This document shows positions 27,267 to 36,366 of a DNA stretch of 64,000 nt, one piece after another. Where the stretch lies: positions 814,503 through 878,502 of the forward strand of contig JBAZWB010000001.1 in NCBI GenBank assembly GCA_041660605.1. Direction: 5' to 3'. The notes under the pieces were generated by a model. That model searched no databases, was not told the origin of the DNA, and was given only the letters and a program-made list of their open reading frames with translations. Within the stretch, counting starts at the first letter, position 1. Each line of letters opens with the position of its first letter. The position numbers and the translations under genes were made by a program. The stretch comes from Patescibacteria group bacterium. Lineage in GTDB: Bacteria > Patescibacteriota > Patescibacteriia > UBA10025 > JAHIVO01.

Positions 27267-28862
27267 ATGAATAGCGAGGGGAAAATAAAATTTCATCAAA
27301 AATGCTGGCATCAAGCCAAACACTTGCATCACCATGCCAAGCATTTTTTAATTCCTCATAAGGGCAATGACCACAGGCCTCATGCTTTGCGTCCCAAGGC
27401 TCTGCGAGTATATTCCAGCTCTGTCATCCTGATTAAGCTGTTTGTGACTGCCTTTTTGTTCCTCTCTTACCCATCCTTAGGCCAATTCGCGGCTATCACA
27501 CAATCACAGATACTAAATTCTACCAATGCTTCGCGGGCAGAAGCGGGCATCGCTCCGCTGGCGCTGAATGAAACTCTTAATTATGCCGCTAAACTTAAAG
27601 CACAGGACATGATTGCTGATAATTATTTCGCCCATACCGCGCCCGATGGCACTAAACCCTGGGCTTTCATGAAGCAGGCCGGCTATAACTATTCTTCCGC
27701 CGGTGAAAACCTGGCTATGGATTTTACCGACGCAACCACGGTGCATACCGCGTTTATGAACAGCCCCTCGCACAAAAAAAACATCATGAACGGGAAGTAT
27801 ACCCAGATGGGCGTGGCCGTGCTTGATGGACAGATTGACGGCAAACAGACGACTATTTTAGTGGAATTCTTTGGCACGCCTTATGAGGCCACGGAACCCG
27901 AACCGACGCCAGCGCCAACTCCGACGCCAACTCCGACGCCAACTCCGACACCCACGCCGGCTGCAAATACAAATAAAGCTACTACCCCGGCTCCGACACC
28001 CACGCCTACACCGGTAAAAACTGCAGCTCCTGTAGTACCGAAATATTATCGCGCTGAGCTGACCGATCAGAGTGCTAAGGATTTAGGCATAAAAACTCTG
28101 GAAGAAATATCATTCTGGGTTGAATTCAAAAATACCGGTACCGCTAGCTGGACAAATACAGGCAATTATTTTGTCGCCCTGAATGTTACTAACCCCACCG
28201 GCCGCCACAGTGAATTTGAAGATAACTGGGTTGATTATTACCGCCCGGCCATTCTGTCTCAAGCCAAAGTTCTCCCTGGCGAGACGGGCCGTTTTGAATT
28301 CAAGCTGAAAGCGCCTGAAGAAGCCGGCACTTATGAAGAGTCATTCGGACTGGTGGCAGAAAACCTTACCTGGATTGACGGCGGTTCAATTGATCTGCCG
28401 ATTGTCGTCGTTGCGCCTCCGGAAAAAACCACCGAGATGCAGGTGGAGGTTATTCCCACGCCTATAACACCGGCAATTACCAATACGAATACAAATGCCA
28501 ACACTAATGTGAACACCAATGCCAACTCAAACGTAAATGCTAACTTAAACCAGGAACCGCAAAAAGTCCAGGAGCAACCATTGGCAATTGAAGAAGCGCA
28601 AAAACCCATCGTCAAGTCAATGACTATTGATAATGAACCAAAAAGCTTTCTTGGGCACCTCATAGACTATTCCGAAAGATTCTACGCTCTGCTTTTAATT
28701 TTTATAATTGTTGCCTTACTGATTAACATTCTGGTGGAGATCCGCATACAGCATCCGCACCTGATTATTCAGAGCCTGATTGTCATTATAATTGCCGCTT
28801 CAGCTATATTCCTGCATCCTCATTTCCTGGAACAAGTGCCAAAAGCTCTAAAAATTATTTAA
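27267..28862 (+). CDS. CAP/SCP-domain protein with His-rich N-terminus, signal anchor, (TP)n linker, an Ig-like beta domain, Asn-rich stalk and C-terminal TM anchor
   Basis: CAP motifs YFAHTAPDG, GENLAMD, HTAFMNSPSHKKNIM, QMGVAVL. Linker TPTPTPTPTPTPTPTP. Stalk NTNTNANTNVNTNANSNVNANLN. C-terminal hydrophobic segments. Paralogous in its CAP domain to 6685..7488. Confidence 0.7.
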   Translation: MNSEGKIKFHQKCWHQAKHLHHHAKHFLIPHKGNDHRPHALRPKALRVYSSSVILIKLFVTAFLFLSYPSLGQFAAITQSQILNSTNASRAEAGIAPLALNETLNYAAKLKAQDMIADNYFAHTAPDGTKPWAFMKQAGYNYSSAGENLAMDFTDATTVHTAFMNSPSHKKNIMNGKYTQMGVAVLDGQIDGKQTTILVEFFGTPYEATEPEPTPAPTPTPTPTPTPTPTPAANTNKATTPAPTPTPTPVKTAAPVVPKYYRAELTDQSAKDLGIKTLEEISFWVEFKNTGTASWTNTGNYFVALNVTNPTGRHSEFEDNWVDYYRPAILSQAKVLPGETGRFEFKLKAPEEAGTYEESFGLVAENLTWIDGGSIDLPIVVVAPPEKTTEMQVEVIPTPITPAITNTNTNANTNVNTNANSNVNANLNQEPQKVQEQPLAIEEAQKPIVKSMTIDNEPKSFLGHLIDYSERFYALLLIFIIVALLINILVEIRIQHPHLIIQSLIVIIIAASAIFLHPHFLEQVPKALKII

Positions 28863-29004
28863 TTCCGATAGCAAATAAGGCAAGTTATCCACAACCCATG
28901 CCGTAAAGGGGCATTTTTGGCTTGTTTAATGCAAAATAAGCCTTGACCTTTAACGCTTTTTTTAATAAGATATAGTAATTACCTAAAAATTAACAATCAA
29001 GTAA

Positions 29005-30111
29005 ATGCACACGCCTATAACCTGGAATAAGCCATCTTTGAAATGGCTATTAATCATTTTAAGCTGTTTTTTATTAATCCCCGGATTGGTTTTAGCAGCT
29101 GAAAACCACCCGCCAATAATCAATTCCACCCCTGGTACAGAAGTAACCACTGACCATCAATACCAATACACTGCGGATACGACTGACACTGATAATGAAA
29201 CTTTAACTTATGCGCTGACTACTGCTCCACAGGGCATGACCATTGCCGGCAATGTAATCTCCTGGCAGCCATTCAAAGCCGGGGTATATAACGTCGTGCT
29301 GGAGGTGACGGACCAAAACAACGGTTATGACACGCAAGCCTGGCAGATACAGGTGAAGCCGGGCGCGGTGGCTACCATTACGGTCGATCCATATGATAAA
29401 CCTTATAAGGTTAATGTCGGTGCCAGCCAGCAATTTACCGCGCAGGCTTTTGATCAGTACGGCAATGAAATAACCGGAGTTGATTTTGAATGGTCCACAA
29501 ATCCAGACTACGGCACAGTGACTAACAACGGCCTTTTAACTGGAAATAAAGCCGGTACCAGTTATGTTGCTGCTAAAGCAAATAGCATTAAAAAATCTGT
29601 CGGCTTAGCCATTGAAGGCGGCAGCAATCCAGTGTCCAATACAAACCAGGCCAGTAATGCCAATACGGCCGCAGCGACGAACCAAAATACAAATAAGTCC
29701 TCAAATGCTAACTCTCAGTCACAAAATACAAATGCTAACGAAAATACCAATGAGTCGCTGACAAATGGTAATATCAATGAAAATACAAATGAGAATGCCT
29801 CTGAACAGGAAAATAAGGCCTGCAGCAACTGGCCTCACTGGCTGCTGATCGTACTGCCGATTATTTACGCACTGGCGCTTATCGTTTATTATCAATTTGA
29901 AAAAAAGAACAAATCAGGTTCCTGGTGGATTTTTCCGGTACTGCTGACCGCTATAGGTTTGATTATCTTTTATAAATACATCTGTCCGGATACCTATGTC
30001 TGGTGGCCGTGGGTACTGGTGATAATCGGCGCGGTCCTGACTCTGCTCTACAAAGGCAAAGCCGGACCGGACAACGGCGGTAATAAATCACAAACCGAAC
30101 TCCCCTTCTAA
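29005..30111 (+). CDS. Membrane-anchored surface protein with a bacterial Ig-like (BIG2-type) domain, Asn-rich stalk and C-terminal TM helices
   Basis: Signal peptide. A BIG2-like segment ITVDPYDKPYKVNVGASQQFTAQAFDQYGNEITGVDFEWSTNPDYGTVTNNGLLTGNKAGTSYVAAKANSIKKS. Low-complexity N/T/Q-rich region. Two or three C-terminal TM helices. Confidence 0.55.
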   Translation: MHTPITWNKPSLKWLLIILSCFLLIPGLVLAAENHPPIINSTPGTEVTTDHQYQYTADTTDTDNETLTYALTTAPQGMTIAGNVISWQPFKAGVYNVVLEVTDQNNGYDTQAWQIQVKPGAVATITVDPYDKPYKVNVGASQQFTAQAFDQYGNEITGVDFEWSTNPDYGTVTNNGLLTGNKAGTSYVAAKANSIKKSVGLAIEGGSNPVSNTNQASNANTAAATNQNTNKSSNANSQSQNTNANENTNESLTNGNINENTNENASEQENKACSNWPHWLLIVLPIIYALALIVYYQFEKKNKSGSWWIFPVLLTAIGLIIFYKYICPDTYVWWPWVLVIIGAVLTLLYKGKAGPDNGGNKSQTELPF

Positions 30112-30118
30112 GACGAAT

Positions 30119-30175
30119 TTGAATAAATTTCCATAAAAAAATCGGCCGGAATCATAACTGGCCGGTTTTTTATTT
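30119..30175. terminator. Probable bidirectional terminator between convergent genes 29005..30111 (+) and uppP (-)
   Basis: A7 tract, then GGCCGG-aatcataact-GGCCGG with imperfect pairing, then a T6 tract. The stem is weak. Confidence 0.35.
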
Positions 30176-30990
30176 TATTTGAAAATGAGGAAGATTATCA
30201 CTGCCAAGCCCAAGATAATCCTATAATAAGCAAAAGCATTTAACGGTCTTCTCTGAAGGAAGCTGAGCAGCACCCTGATGGCTAAATATCCGACGCCGGC
30301 CGAGGTTAAAAAACCTACGAGAATTATCAGCCATTCACCACCGGTAAAGCCTGCCTGGAGGCCATCATACATTTTCTTCAGCCCGGCGCCGAAAATAACC
30401 GGCACTGACAGGAGGAAAGAAAAGCGCGCCGCCTGTTCGCGCTTCAGGCCCTGCGAAAGGCCGCCCAGGATGGTTATACCCGAGCGAGAAACCCCGGGCA
30501 ACAAGGATAATACCTGCATCAGCCCGATTATAATGGCGCCGCGCCAGCTCAATTCTTCCAGATTTTTTATTTTCTTGGAATATTTTTCAAAAACGAAAAA
30601 CAGCAGGCCAACGGCTACGAATAATACGGCGACCAGCCAAAGATTTCGGAAAACGGTATCTGCCTTAGACTCCAGAAAAAAGCCTGCCACACCCGCCGGT
30701 ATAGAACCTACAACGATATACCAGGCCATCCTCTGATTAAAGTCATTTGCTAAATTCCAGTTGGCAAAACTTCTGAAGAATGATACGATGTATCTAGCTA
30801 AGTCTTTTGAAAAAAATACCAGCAAGGCCGCCAATGTACCCAGATGCAGAGCGACGTCGAAGCTTAAGTTGTCCACAAAATTAAAATTCAGCAGTTCATG
30901 GGCGATGATCAGATGCCCTGAGCTGGAGATCGGCCAGAATTCGGTCAGACCCTGGACAATGCCCAGAATAATTGAATAAAGATAGTCCAT
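30175..30990 (-). CDS. uppP: Undecaprenyl-diphosphatase (BacA/UppP)
   Basis: N-terminal LGIVQGLTEFWPISSSGHLII, the UppP signature, and eight predicted TM helices. The likely start is the ATG at 30990; the ORF track starts at a TTG at 30999. Confidence 0.85.
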   Translation of the reverse strand: MDYLYSIILGIVQGLTEFWPISSSGHLIIAHELLNFNFVDNLSFDVALHLGTLAALLVFFSKDLARYIVSFFRSFANWNLANDFNQRMAWYIVVGSIPAGVAGFFLESKADTVFRNLWLVAVLFVAVGLLFFVFEKYSKKIKNLEELSWRGAIIIGLMQVLSLLPGVSRSGITILGGLSQGLKREQAARFSFLLSVPVIFGAGLKKMYDGLQAGFTGGEWLIILVGFLTSAGVGYLAIRVLLSFLQRRPLNAFAYYRIILGLAVIIFLIFK

Positions 30991-30993
30991 ATT

Positions 30994-31425
30994 ATGCAAA
31001 TTGAATTAGTCTTAACTCCGCTTATCACCCTTTTTGCCGTTCAATCTCTGAAACTGGCGACTGACGGCATCAAGGGTAATTTCAGCGCCAAAGATTTTTT
31101 TATCACTTACGGGGGTATGCCTTCCACCCATAGTGCCATTGTCTCCTCTTTTACCAGCATTATCGCCTATAAAGAGGGGCTTTTTTCTCCTGCTTTCAGC
31201 ATCGCCATGGTCTTTTCCCTGATTGTAATCGTAGATGCCATGTCATTCCGCCGGCATATAGACCAGCAAGGCCGGGCGATCAAGAAGCTGATCGGCGGTC
31301 TGCCTCAGGATGAGCAAAAGAAATTTCCCTATTTTTCCACCAGAGTCGAACATACCTTGCCGCAGGTAGCCGTCGGAATACTGTTGGGCTTTACGATTGC
31401 TTCCATTATTGCATTAATCACATAA
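30994..31425 (+). CDS. DUF212 / divergent PAP2-family membrane protein (acid phosphatase/vanadium haloperoxidase-related)
   Basis: GGMPSTHSAIVSSFTSI...DAMSFRRH matches the DUF212 divergent-PAP2 pattern. Four TM helices. Confidence 0.55.
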   Translation: MQIELVLTPLITLFAVQSLKLATDGIKGNFSAKDFFITYGGMPSTHSAIVSSFTSIIAYKEGLFSPAFSIAMVFSLIVIVDAMSFRRHIDQQGRAIKKLIGGLPQDEQKKFPYFSTRVEHTLPQVAVGILLGFTIASIIALIT

Positions 31426-31436
31426 AGAGCCAAATG

Positions 31437-32342
31437 CTATTTCTGGCAAACCGGGCAATAGGTCGTACCCCTGCCACCCAGGGACATGGCTTTTATGATA
31501 TTGCCGCAACGCCTGCATTTCTCCCCTTCCCGGCCATAGACCCGCAACATAGGGAAATACTTACCCGGCTCACCATGGGCATCGACGTAATTATTGGCAG
31601 TAGTGCCCTGCTTCTTTACAGCCAGGCGTAAAATTCTTTTAATAGATTGGAAAAGCTTTTTTTGTTCAGCTGCCTTCAGGGTACCGGCTCTTCTGGTCGG
31701 TTTGATGCCGGCATAATAGCAGGCTTCCGTGGCGTAAATATTTCCTATGCCGGCTATAGCCGTCTGATCCATCAGCCTGGGTTTTATTTTCTGCGATTTC
31801 CTGCGGGATAAAATATTCTGGAAAATTTGAAAGGTAAAACCGACGCTTAGCGGTTCTGGGCCGGTCCCTGCATCCTCAAAATATTTATCAAGCTCATCGG
31901 ATGATAATAATTTTAAATAACCGAATTTTCTGACGTCATTGAAAAAAAGATGACTGCCGTCGCTGAAGGTAAAAATAACATGAGAAAATTTGTTGGGCAA
32001 GCCTATCAACCCATTTTTTATAGGATGCCCGCCTGCCACGAGTTGCCGCGAGGCATCGCGGGCAGGCCCGCCTGCTTTAATTATTTTTTTATAACGGTAC
32101 ACCAGCTGGCCGGTCATTTTCAGGTGCACCAACAAGACCTGCTTATTTGAAAGATAGATCAAAATAATCTTTGCCCGTCGGCCGACTTTATCAATTTTTG
32201 AGTTAACAACAAGCCGCTTAAATAATGTAAGCGGACTCTTCACCAGTTTCGGCACCCTGATCTCCAACTTGGAAATGTGTTTATTCCTCAAGACAACATC
32301 AAGTTGGGTTCGTATTGTCTCAACTTCTGGCAGCTCCGGCAT
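31437..32342 (-). CDS. mutM: Formamidopyrimidine-DNA glycosylase (Fpg/MutM)
   Basis: Starts MPELPEVE (catalytic Pro2 and Glu3). C-terminal zinc finger CRRCG...CPVCQK. Internal H2TH region. Confidence 0.85.
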   Translation of the reverse strand: MPELPEVETIRTQLDVVLRNKHISKLEIRVPKLVKSPLTLFKRLVVNSKIDKVGRRAKIILIYLSNKQVLLVHLKMTGQLVYRYKKIIKAGGPARDASRQLVAGGHPIKNGLIGLPNKFSHVIFTFSDGSHLFFNDVRKFGYLKLLSSDELDKYFEDAGTGPEPLSVGFTFQIFQNILSRRKSQKIKPRLMDQTAIAGIGNIYATEACYYAGIKPTRRAGTLKAAEQKKLFQSIKRILRLAVKKQGTTANNYVDAHGEPGKYFPMLRVYGREGEKCRRCGNIIKAMSLGGRGTTYCPVCQK

Positions 32343-32344
32343 TT

Positions 32345-32797
32345 TTAAATTTTTAGGCGGTTTTTCAGAATATTTTGGTAAATATCACGCCGAGTAACAA
32401 TACCGACGATTTCATTCTCCTGCCCAACAACAATGACACGGTGAATGCCGCGTACCAGCATCATTGATCCGACCTGCATCAGCGAAGCATCAGGATTTAC
32501 CGTGACCACCTCCATGGTCATCAAATCCTGGACAGGCTTATCTGCGGCTTCTTTGGTTTTTTCCTCAAGTTTATCCAGGTCAATCCAGACTCCCGGGCTA
32601 TCATAAAACTCAGCATGGGAGGGGTAAAGAGCTTTAAACAAGTCTTTCTCTGAAACCACACCTACCAGTTTATTGTCCTTATCCACGACCGGCGCCCCTG
32701 AAATATTGTTTTCCGACAGTATTTTCGCTGCTTTACGCAAAGTAAAATCCTGTGGTATAACAATGAGCTTTTTATTCATGATATCGCTAACTTTCAT
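32345..32797 (-). CDS. CBS-domain pair protein
   Basis: Two CBS repeats (ISGAPVVDKDNKLVGVVSEKDL and GIHRVIVVGQENEIVGIVTRRDI). 150 aa. Confidence 0.7.
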   Translation of the reverse strand: MKVSDIMNKKLIVIPQDFTLRKAAKILSENNISGAPVVDKDNKLVGVVSEKDLFKALYPSHAEFYDSPGVWIDLDKLEEKTKEAADKPVQDLMTMEVVTVNPDASLMQVGSMMLVRGIHRVIVVGQENEIVGIVTRRDIYQNILKNRLKI

Positions 32798-32864
32798 ATA
32801 TTTTGTAGTAATATTACAGTTCTACTTTTGATTATAACGTAAATATTCAATATAATAAAGACCG

Positions 32865-34049
32865 CTAATCGCGGAATAAAACGCTCTCCTTGGAAAAAAG
32901 CTTAGTCGCGATAATTATGGCGATTACCGAACCAACCAGCGTTGTGGCGATAGTTACGATAATATGCAGCCAATTGGTCTCCCCCATCAAACTTTCCTTA
33001 AAAACAAAAACGGCATTTATTGAAGGTACGAAAAATAGCCCTAATGGCGGCTTGAATCCGGGGATAGAAGAAAAAATTGACACTGGCAGAATTGCTAAAA
33101 GATAAAAAGGTGTAATGTAATTCTGGGCTTCTTTGAAGCTTTTGGCGAATATCGCCACGGCCAGGAGCATTCCGGCAAACATTACCGAAAGTATTATGCC
33201 AATTAATATCATCAATATAAAAGTAACCGGCGTAATGCTGAAAACCAGCGTTTCTCCCAGATTTGGCGGCCAGATTTTGAATGCTGCGTACATGCTGGCC
33301 ACCGACAGAATAACTGAAGTAATGGAAGTGGTGGCTACCGCCATAAATTTCCCGGTAACAATTTTGAGGCGCGAGAGAGGCACGAGCAGCAAAGCCTCCA
33401 GCGTCTTTCTCTCTTTTTCTCCGGCAGAGACGTCTATGGCCACGTACATGCCTCCTAAAATGGAAAAGAGAACTATGAACATTGGCAGCAGCAATCCCAA
33501 AAAGAATCCGCCTCGCTCCTGCTCTGTGGCAATATCGTTTTGCTGCACCTTGACTATCTGCGTGATATTCGGATCTAAACCAACTGCAGAGATTTTTTGG
33601 GCGACTATTGTCTGCCCGTAAACCAGCAGAGCTGTCTGCACTTTTTGCGCGGCAATGGAGGATTTCTGATCGGTACTTTTGTCGTACAACATGATAGTAG
33701 CCGGCTGATTGGCGGTAATTGATGATTCAAAATTATCAGGTATCGCCAGATAAGCCTGTATGACTCCGGTGTCCAGCTGGGTATTGAAATCATTGCTGAT
33801 ATCGCTGATGCTTATTTTATCCTGAGTTTTCAGAAAATTGACCAGCGACGGCGCGGCTGCCTGGTTTTCTATGGCCACCACTGCCACCTGTTTTTCCGCA
33901 GACTTCACTTGCGATTCCTGCAATTTTAAACTGCCAATCATAATCACTGGCATCAGCACGATAGGCATAATGACTGCCGTATAGAGAGTGCGCTTATCGC
34001 GAAGCGTATCCCTGATTTCTTTTTTCCAGACAGTTAGAATCTCTTTCAT
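32865..34049 (-). CDS. ABC-2 family transporter permease (NatB-like)
   Basis: N-terminal TM helix, a periplasmic loop of about 150 aa, and five C-terminal TM helices. Adjacent to an ABC ATPase. Confidence 0.6.
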   Translation of the reverse strand: MKEILTVWKKEIRDTLRDKRTLYTAVIMPIVLMPVIMIGSLKLQESQVKSAEKQVAVVAIENQAAAPSLVNFLKTQDKISISDISNDFNTQLDTGVIQAYLAIPDNFESSITANQPATIMLYDKSTDQKSSIAAQKVQTALLVYGQTIVAQKISAVGLDPNITQIVKVQQNDIATEQERGGFFLGLLLPMFIVLFSILGGMYVAIDVSAGEKERKTLEALLLVPLSRLKIVTGKFMAVATTSITSVILSVASMYAAFKIWPPNLGETLVFSITPVTFILMILIGIILSVMFAGMLLAVAIFAKSFKEAQNYITPFYLLAILPVSIFSSIPGFKPPLGLFFVPSINAVFVFKESLMGETNWLHIIVTIATTLVGSVIAIIIATKLFSKESVLFRD

Positions 34050-34054
34050 ATTGA

Positions 34055-34723
34055 TTAAATCTCTTTTAATATTTCCCTCAAGTCTCTGATTTCATGATCC
34101 GGCTTGATGCTTAAATAATGCCTTTCATTATAGATATTGCGGTAAAAATAAGTTACAGCCCCAATCAGTTGGCCGGCTTCAATGTCGCTTTCGCGATCGC
34201 CAATCTTAACCATCTTTCCGAATTCTTTGCTCGTTAAGTATTTTTTCAAAGCCTGCGCTTTCAACTGCTGAATTTCTGTCTGTTGGCGGGGCTCTGAATG
34301 AACGTCAAGCCCAATAAAATCATCAAGCAAATCATCAATCTTTACCAAACGGGCAAAATGCCTAATCCACCGGGGATCAGTATTGCTGAGTAGCAAATTT
34401 TTATGGCCTGCCTGCTTGATTTTTTCCAACACTTCTCTGGCGTAATCATTTGGCTCAATATATTTTTCTACGATGAAATTTTCCTGCTGGATCTTCACCG
34501 CTTGCGCGCGCATGTCCGACCAAAGCTCATTGTTGCCATTGGGCTGTATGTACTGAAAATAATCCAGCCAGCTCAATCCATACAAATTCACCGCTTCTTC
34601 GAGAGTCATTTCACGATATATATCAAAATGCTTCAATGTCTTATTAACGATTTCCTGCACTGCCAGAACATTATTCTTTTCCAGCGTGCCGTGAAAATCC
34701 CAGATAAATAAAAATGTTTTCAC
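34055..34723 (-). CDS. HAD-superfamily-like hydrolase with a non-canonical motif I (DFHGTL)
   Basis: WDFHGTL near the N-terminus and a later GDRESD motif resemble HAD motifs I and IV. The second Asp of motif I is replaced by His. Confidence 0.4.
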   Translation of the reverse strand: MKTFLFIWDFHGTLEKNNVLAVQEIVNKTLKHFDIYREMTLEEAVNLYGLSWLDYFQYIQPNGNNELWSDMRAQAVKIQQENFIVEKYIEPNDYAREVLEKIKQAGHKNLLLSNTDPRWIRHFARLVKIDDLLDDFIGLDVHSEPRQQTEIQQLKAQALKKYLTSKEFGKMVKIGDRESDIEAGQLIGAVTYFYRNIYNERHYLSIKPDHEIRDLREILKEI

Positions 34724-35619
34724 TTTTTTAAAGATAATTCATAAATAATTACCGCCGCCGCTACCGCCACTGCCAAAACCAGCCGCCACCAGGGATAAAT
34801 CCTGGAACCGAAAGCCAGGCCTTTCGGACTGAAAAATTTTGGCTTGATTTCTGGCTGAACTTTTTCCGGAAGAATTTCGCCAGATGTCTTTTTGACGATT
34901 GATAAGAATGACTCTTCCAGGCTTTTTTTGCCGGTTTGTTTTTCTATATTTTCAAGATTACCGACAAAAACCAATCTGCCCTGGTGAATAATGGCCACCC
35001 GGCCGCATAATTTTTCCGCATTGTGCATTTCATGAGTAGAGAGTATTACCAGCTTGCCTAGCTCTCTGGCTTTCAGCATAAAATTAACTACCGTCTGCGA
35101 CGCCAATACGTCGAGGCCGGAAGTAGGCTCGTCAAAAATAATCACCTCCGGATCGTGTATAACCGAGCGGGCAATGGCGACTTTTTGCTTCATGCCGGTG
35201 GAAAATTTTCCGGCGCGCCGATCGGCGAAATCTTCCATCTCCAAAAGGCCCAGTAATTCATTTATCCTTTGCTCCAGCTTTTCGCCGTACAACCCATACA
35301 GCTGTCCGAAATAACGTAGGTTTTCCCTGGCAGTGAACCTGTCATAAAGTCCGATATCTGTCGTCAAAACGCCTATATTCCTTCTAACCTGTTCCGGCTG
35401 TTTATTTATATCAAAGCCGGCTACCATTACATCACCGGAAGTAGGCTGCAATATCGTGGCAATCAATCGGATAGTTGTTGTCTTGCCGGCACCATTTGGT
35501 CCCAAAAGCCCGAATATTTCCCCTGCTTCCGCAGTAAACGAAACGTTATCAACAGCCACAACTTCGCCTTTTTTGCCGCTAAATTTTTTAGTTAAATTTT
35601 TTACTTCCAAAAGTGGCAT
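34720..35619 (-). CDS. ABC transporter ATP-binding protein with a C-terminal TM extension
   Basis: Walker A GPNGAGKTT, signature FSTGMKQKVAIA, Walker B VIIFDEPTSGLD. C-terminal hydrophobic tail WRLVLAVAVAAAVIIY. Confidence 0.85.
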   Translation of the reverse strand: MPLLEVKNLTKKFSGKKGEVVAVDNVSFTAEAGEIFGLLGPNGAGKTTTIRLIATILQPTSGDVMVAGFDINKQPEQVRRNIGVLTTDIGLYDRFTARENLRYFGQLYGLYGEKLEQRINELLGLLEMEDFADRRAGKFSTGMKQKVAIARSVIHDPEVIIFDEPTSGLDVLASQTVVNFMLKARELGKLVILSTHEMHNAEKLCGRVAIIHQGRLVFVGNLENIEKQTGKKSLEESFLSIVKKTSGEILPEKVQPEIKPKFFSPKGLAFGSRIYPWWRLVLAVAVAAAVIIYELSLKK

Positions 35620-35669
35620 ATTTTTATTTTACTTGAAAAAAGCTAATTATTCAAATATATTTAATCAGT

Positions 35670-36161
35670 TTAAAACAGCACCTGCCAGATAAAAATTCCA
35701 ATAATAATTGCGCCAATAATGAATTTTATCAGGCCTCCGGTGATAAATCCGATAAAACTACCAAAGCCTGCACGCAAGGCCGATTGATTATTCTTTCCGC
35801 CGGCCAGCTCCAGTAGATAAGCGCCTAAAAACGATCCAATGATCACGCCGATGATGCCGCCGGTAAACAAACCGATCAGCATCCCGGCCACCGCGCCAAT
35901 CATGCCGAGAGATGAACCGCCCATTTTTTTTACTCCATATATAGTTCCTAGCCAATCAAGCATTAAAGTTATGGCGGTCAAAAACGCAAATACCCCCAAA
36001 AGACCCCAACCGATGGTAGTGAAATGGTCTATCAGCGCGTAAGCAAAAACAGCCGCAAAAATCAGCGGTACGTCGGGTAAAACCGGCAAAACTACGCCCA
36101 GCAAACCAACCAGCATGACCAAAACAGTTAAAATAAAAATCATTATCTCGCCTGCAGTCAT
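35670..36161 (-). CDS. DUF456-family small membrane protein
   Basis: Four TM helices. N-terminal MLVGLLGVVLPVLPDVPLIF pattern typical of DUF456. Confidence 0.45.
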   Translation of the reverse strand: MTAGEIMIFILTVLVMLVGLLGVVLPVLPDVPLIFAAVFAYALIDHFTTIGWGLLGVFAFLTAITLMLDWLGTIYGVKKMGGSSLGMIGAVAGMLIGLFTGGIIGVIIGSFLGAYLLELAGGKNNQSALRAGFGSFIGFITGGLIKFIIGAIIIGIFIWQVLF

Positions 36162-36171
36162 CTTGTTTTAA

Positions 36172-36366
36172 CTAGAAAGGCTTAAAAGGGTATTTTTTTT
36201 CTGCTTCCGATTGTTCTTTGCTTATTTTCTTTTCTGATGCCTGCCAGCCTTTGGTGGTGATGCTCATTAAATACAAAATCACCCCCAGTCCGGCGGCAAT
36301 GAGCATTGGGAAGCCTATGCCGGATGGATCAGTCAAAAAATTAATTAGTTCCTTGAACCATTCCAT
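36172..36366 (-). CDS. Small membrane protein (64 aa)
   Basis: One TM helix. Tightly packed in the operon. Confidence 0.3.
   Translation of the reverse strand: MEWFKELINFLTDPSGIGFPMLIAAGLGVILYLMSITTKGWQASEKKISKEQSEAEKKYPFKPF

Noticed and set aside
29005-30111. A sortase, or the housekeeping protease expected next to LPxTG substrates
   Set aside because: The only candidate position encodes a BIG2-domain membrane protein with no TLxTC or His-Cys-Arg sortase motifs. No sortase is present in the window.
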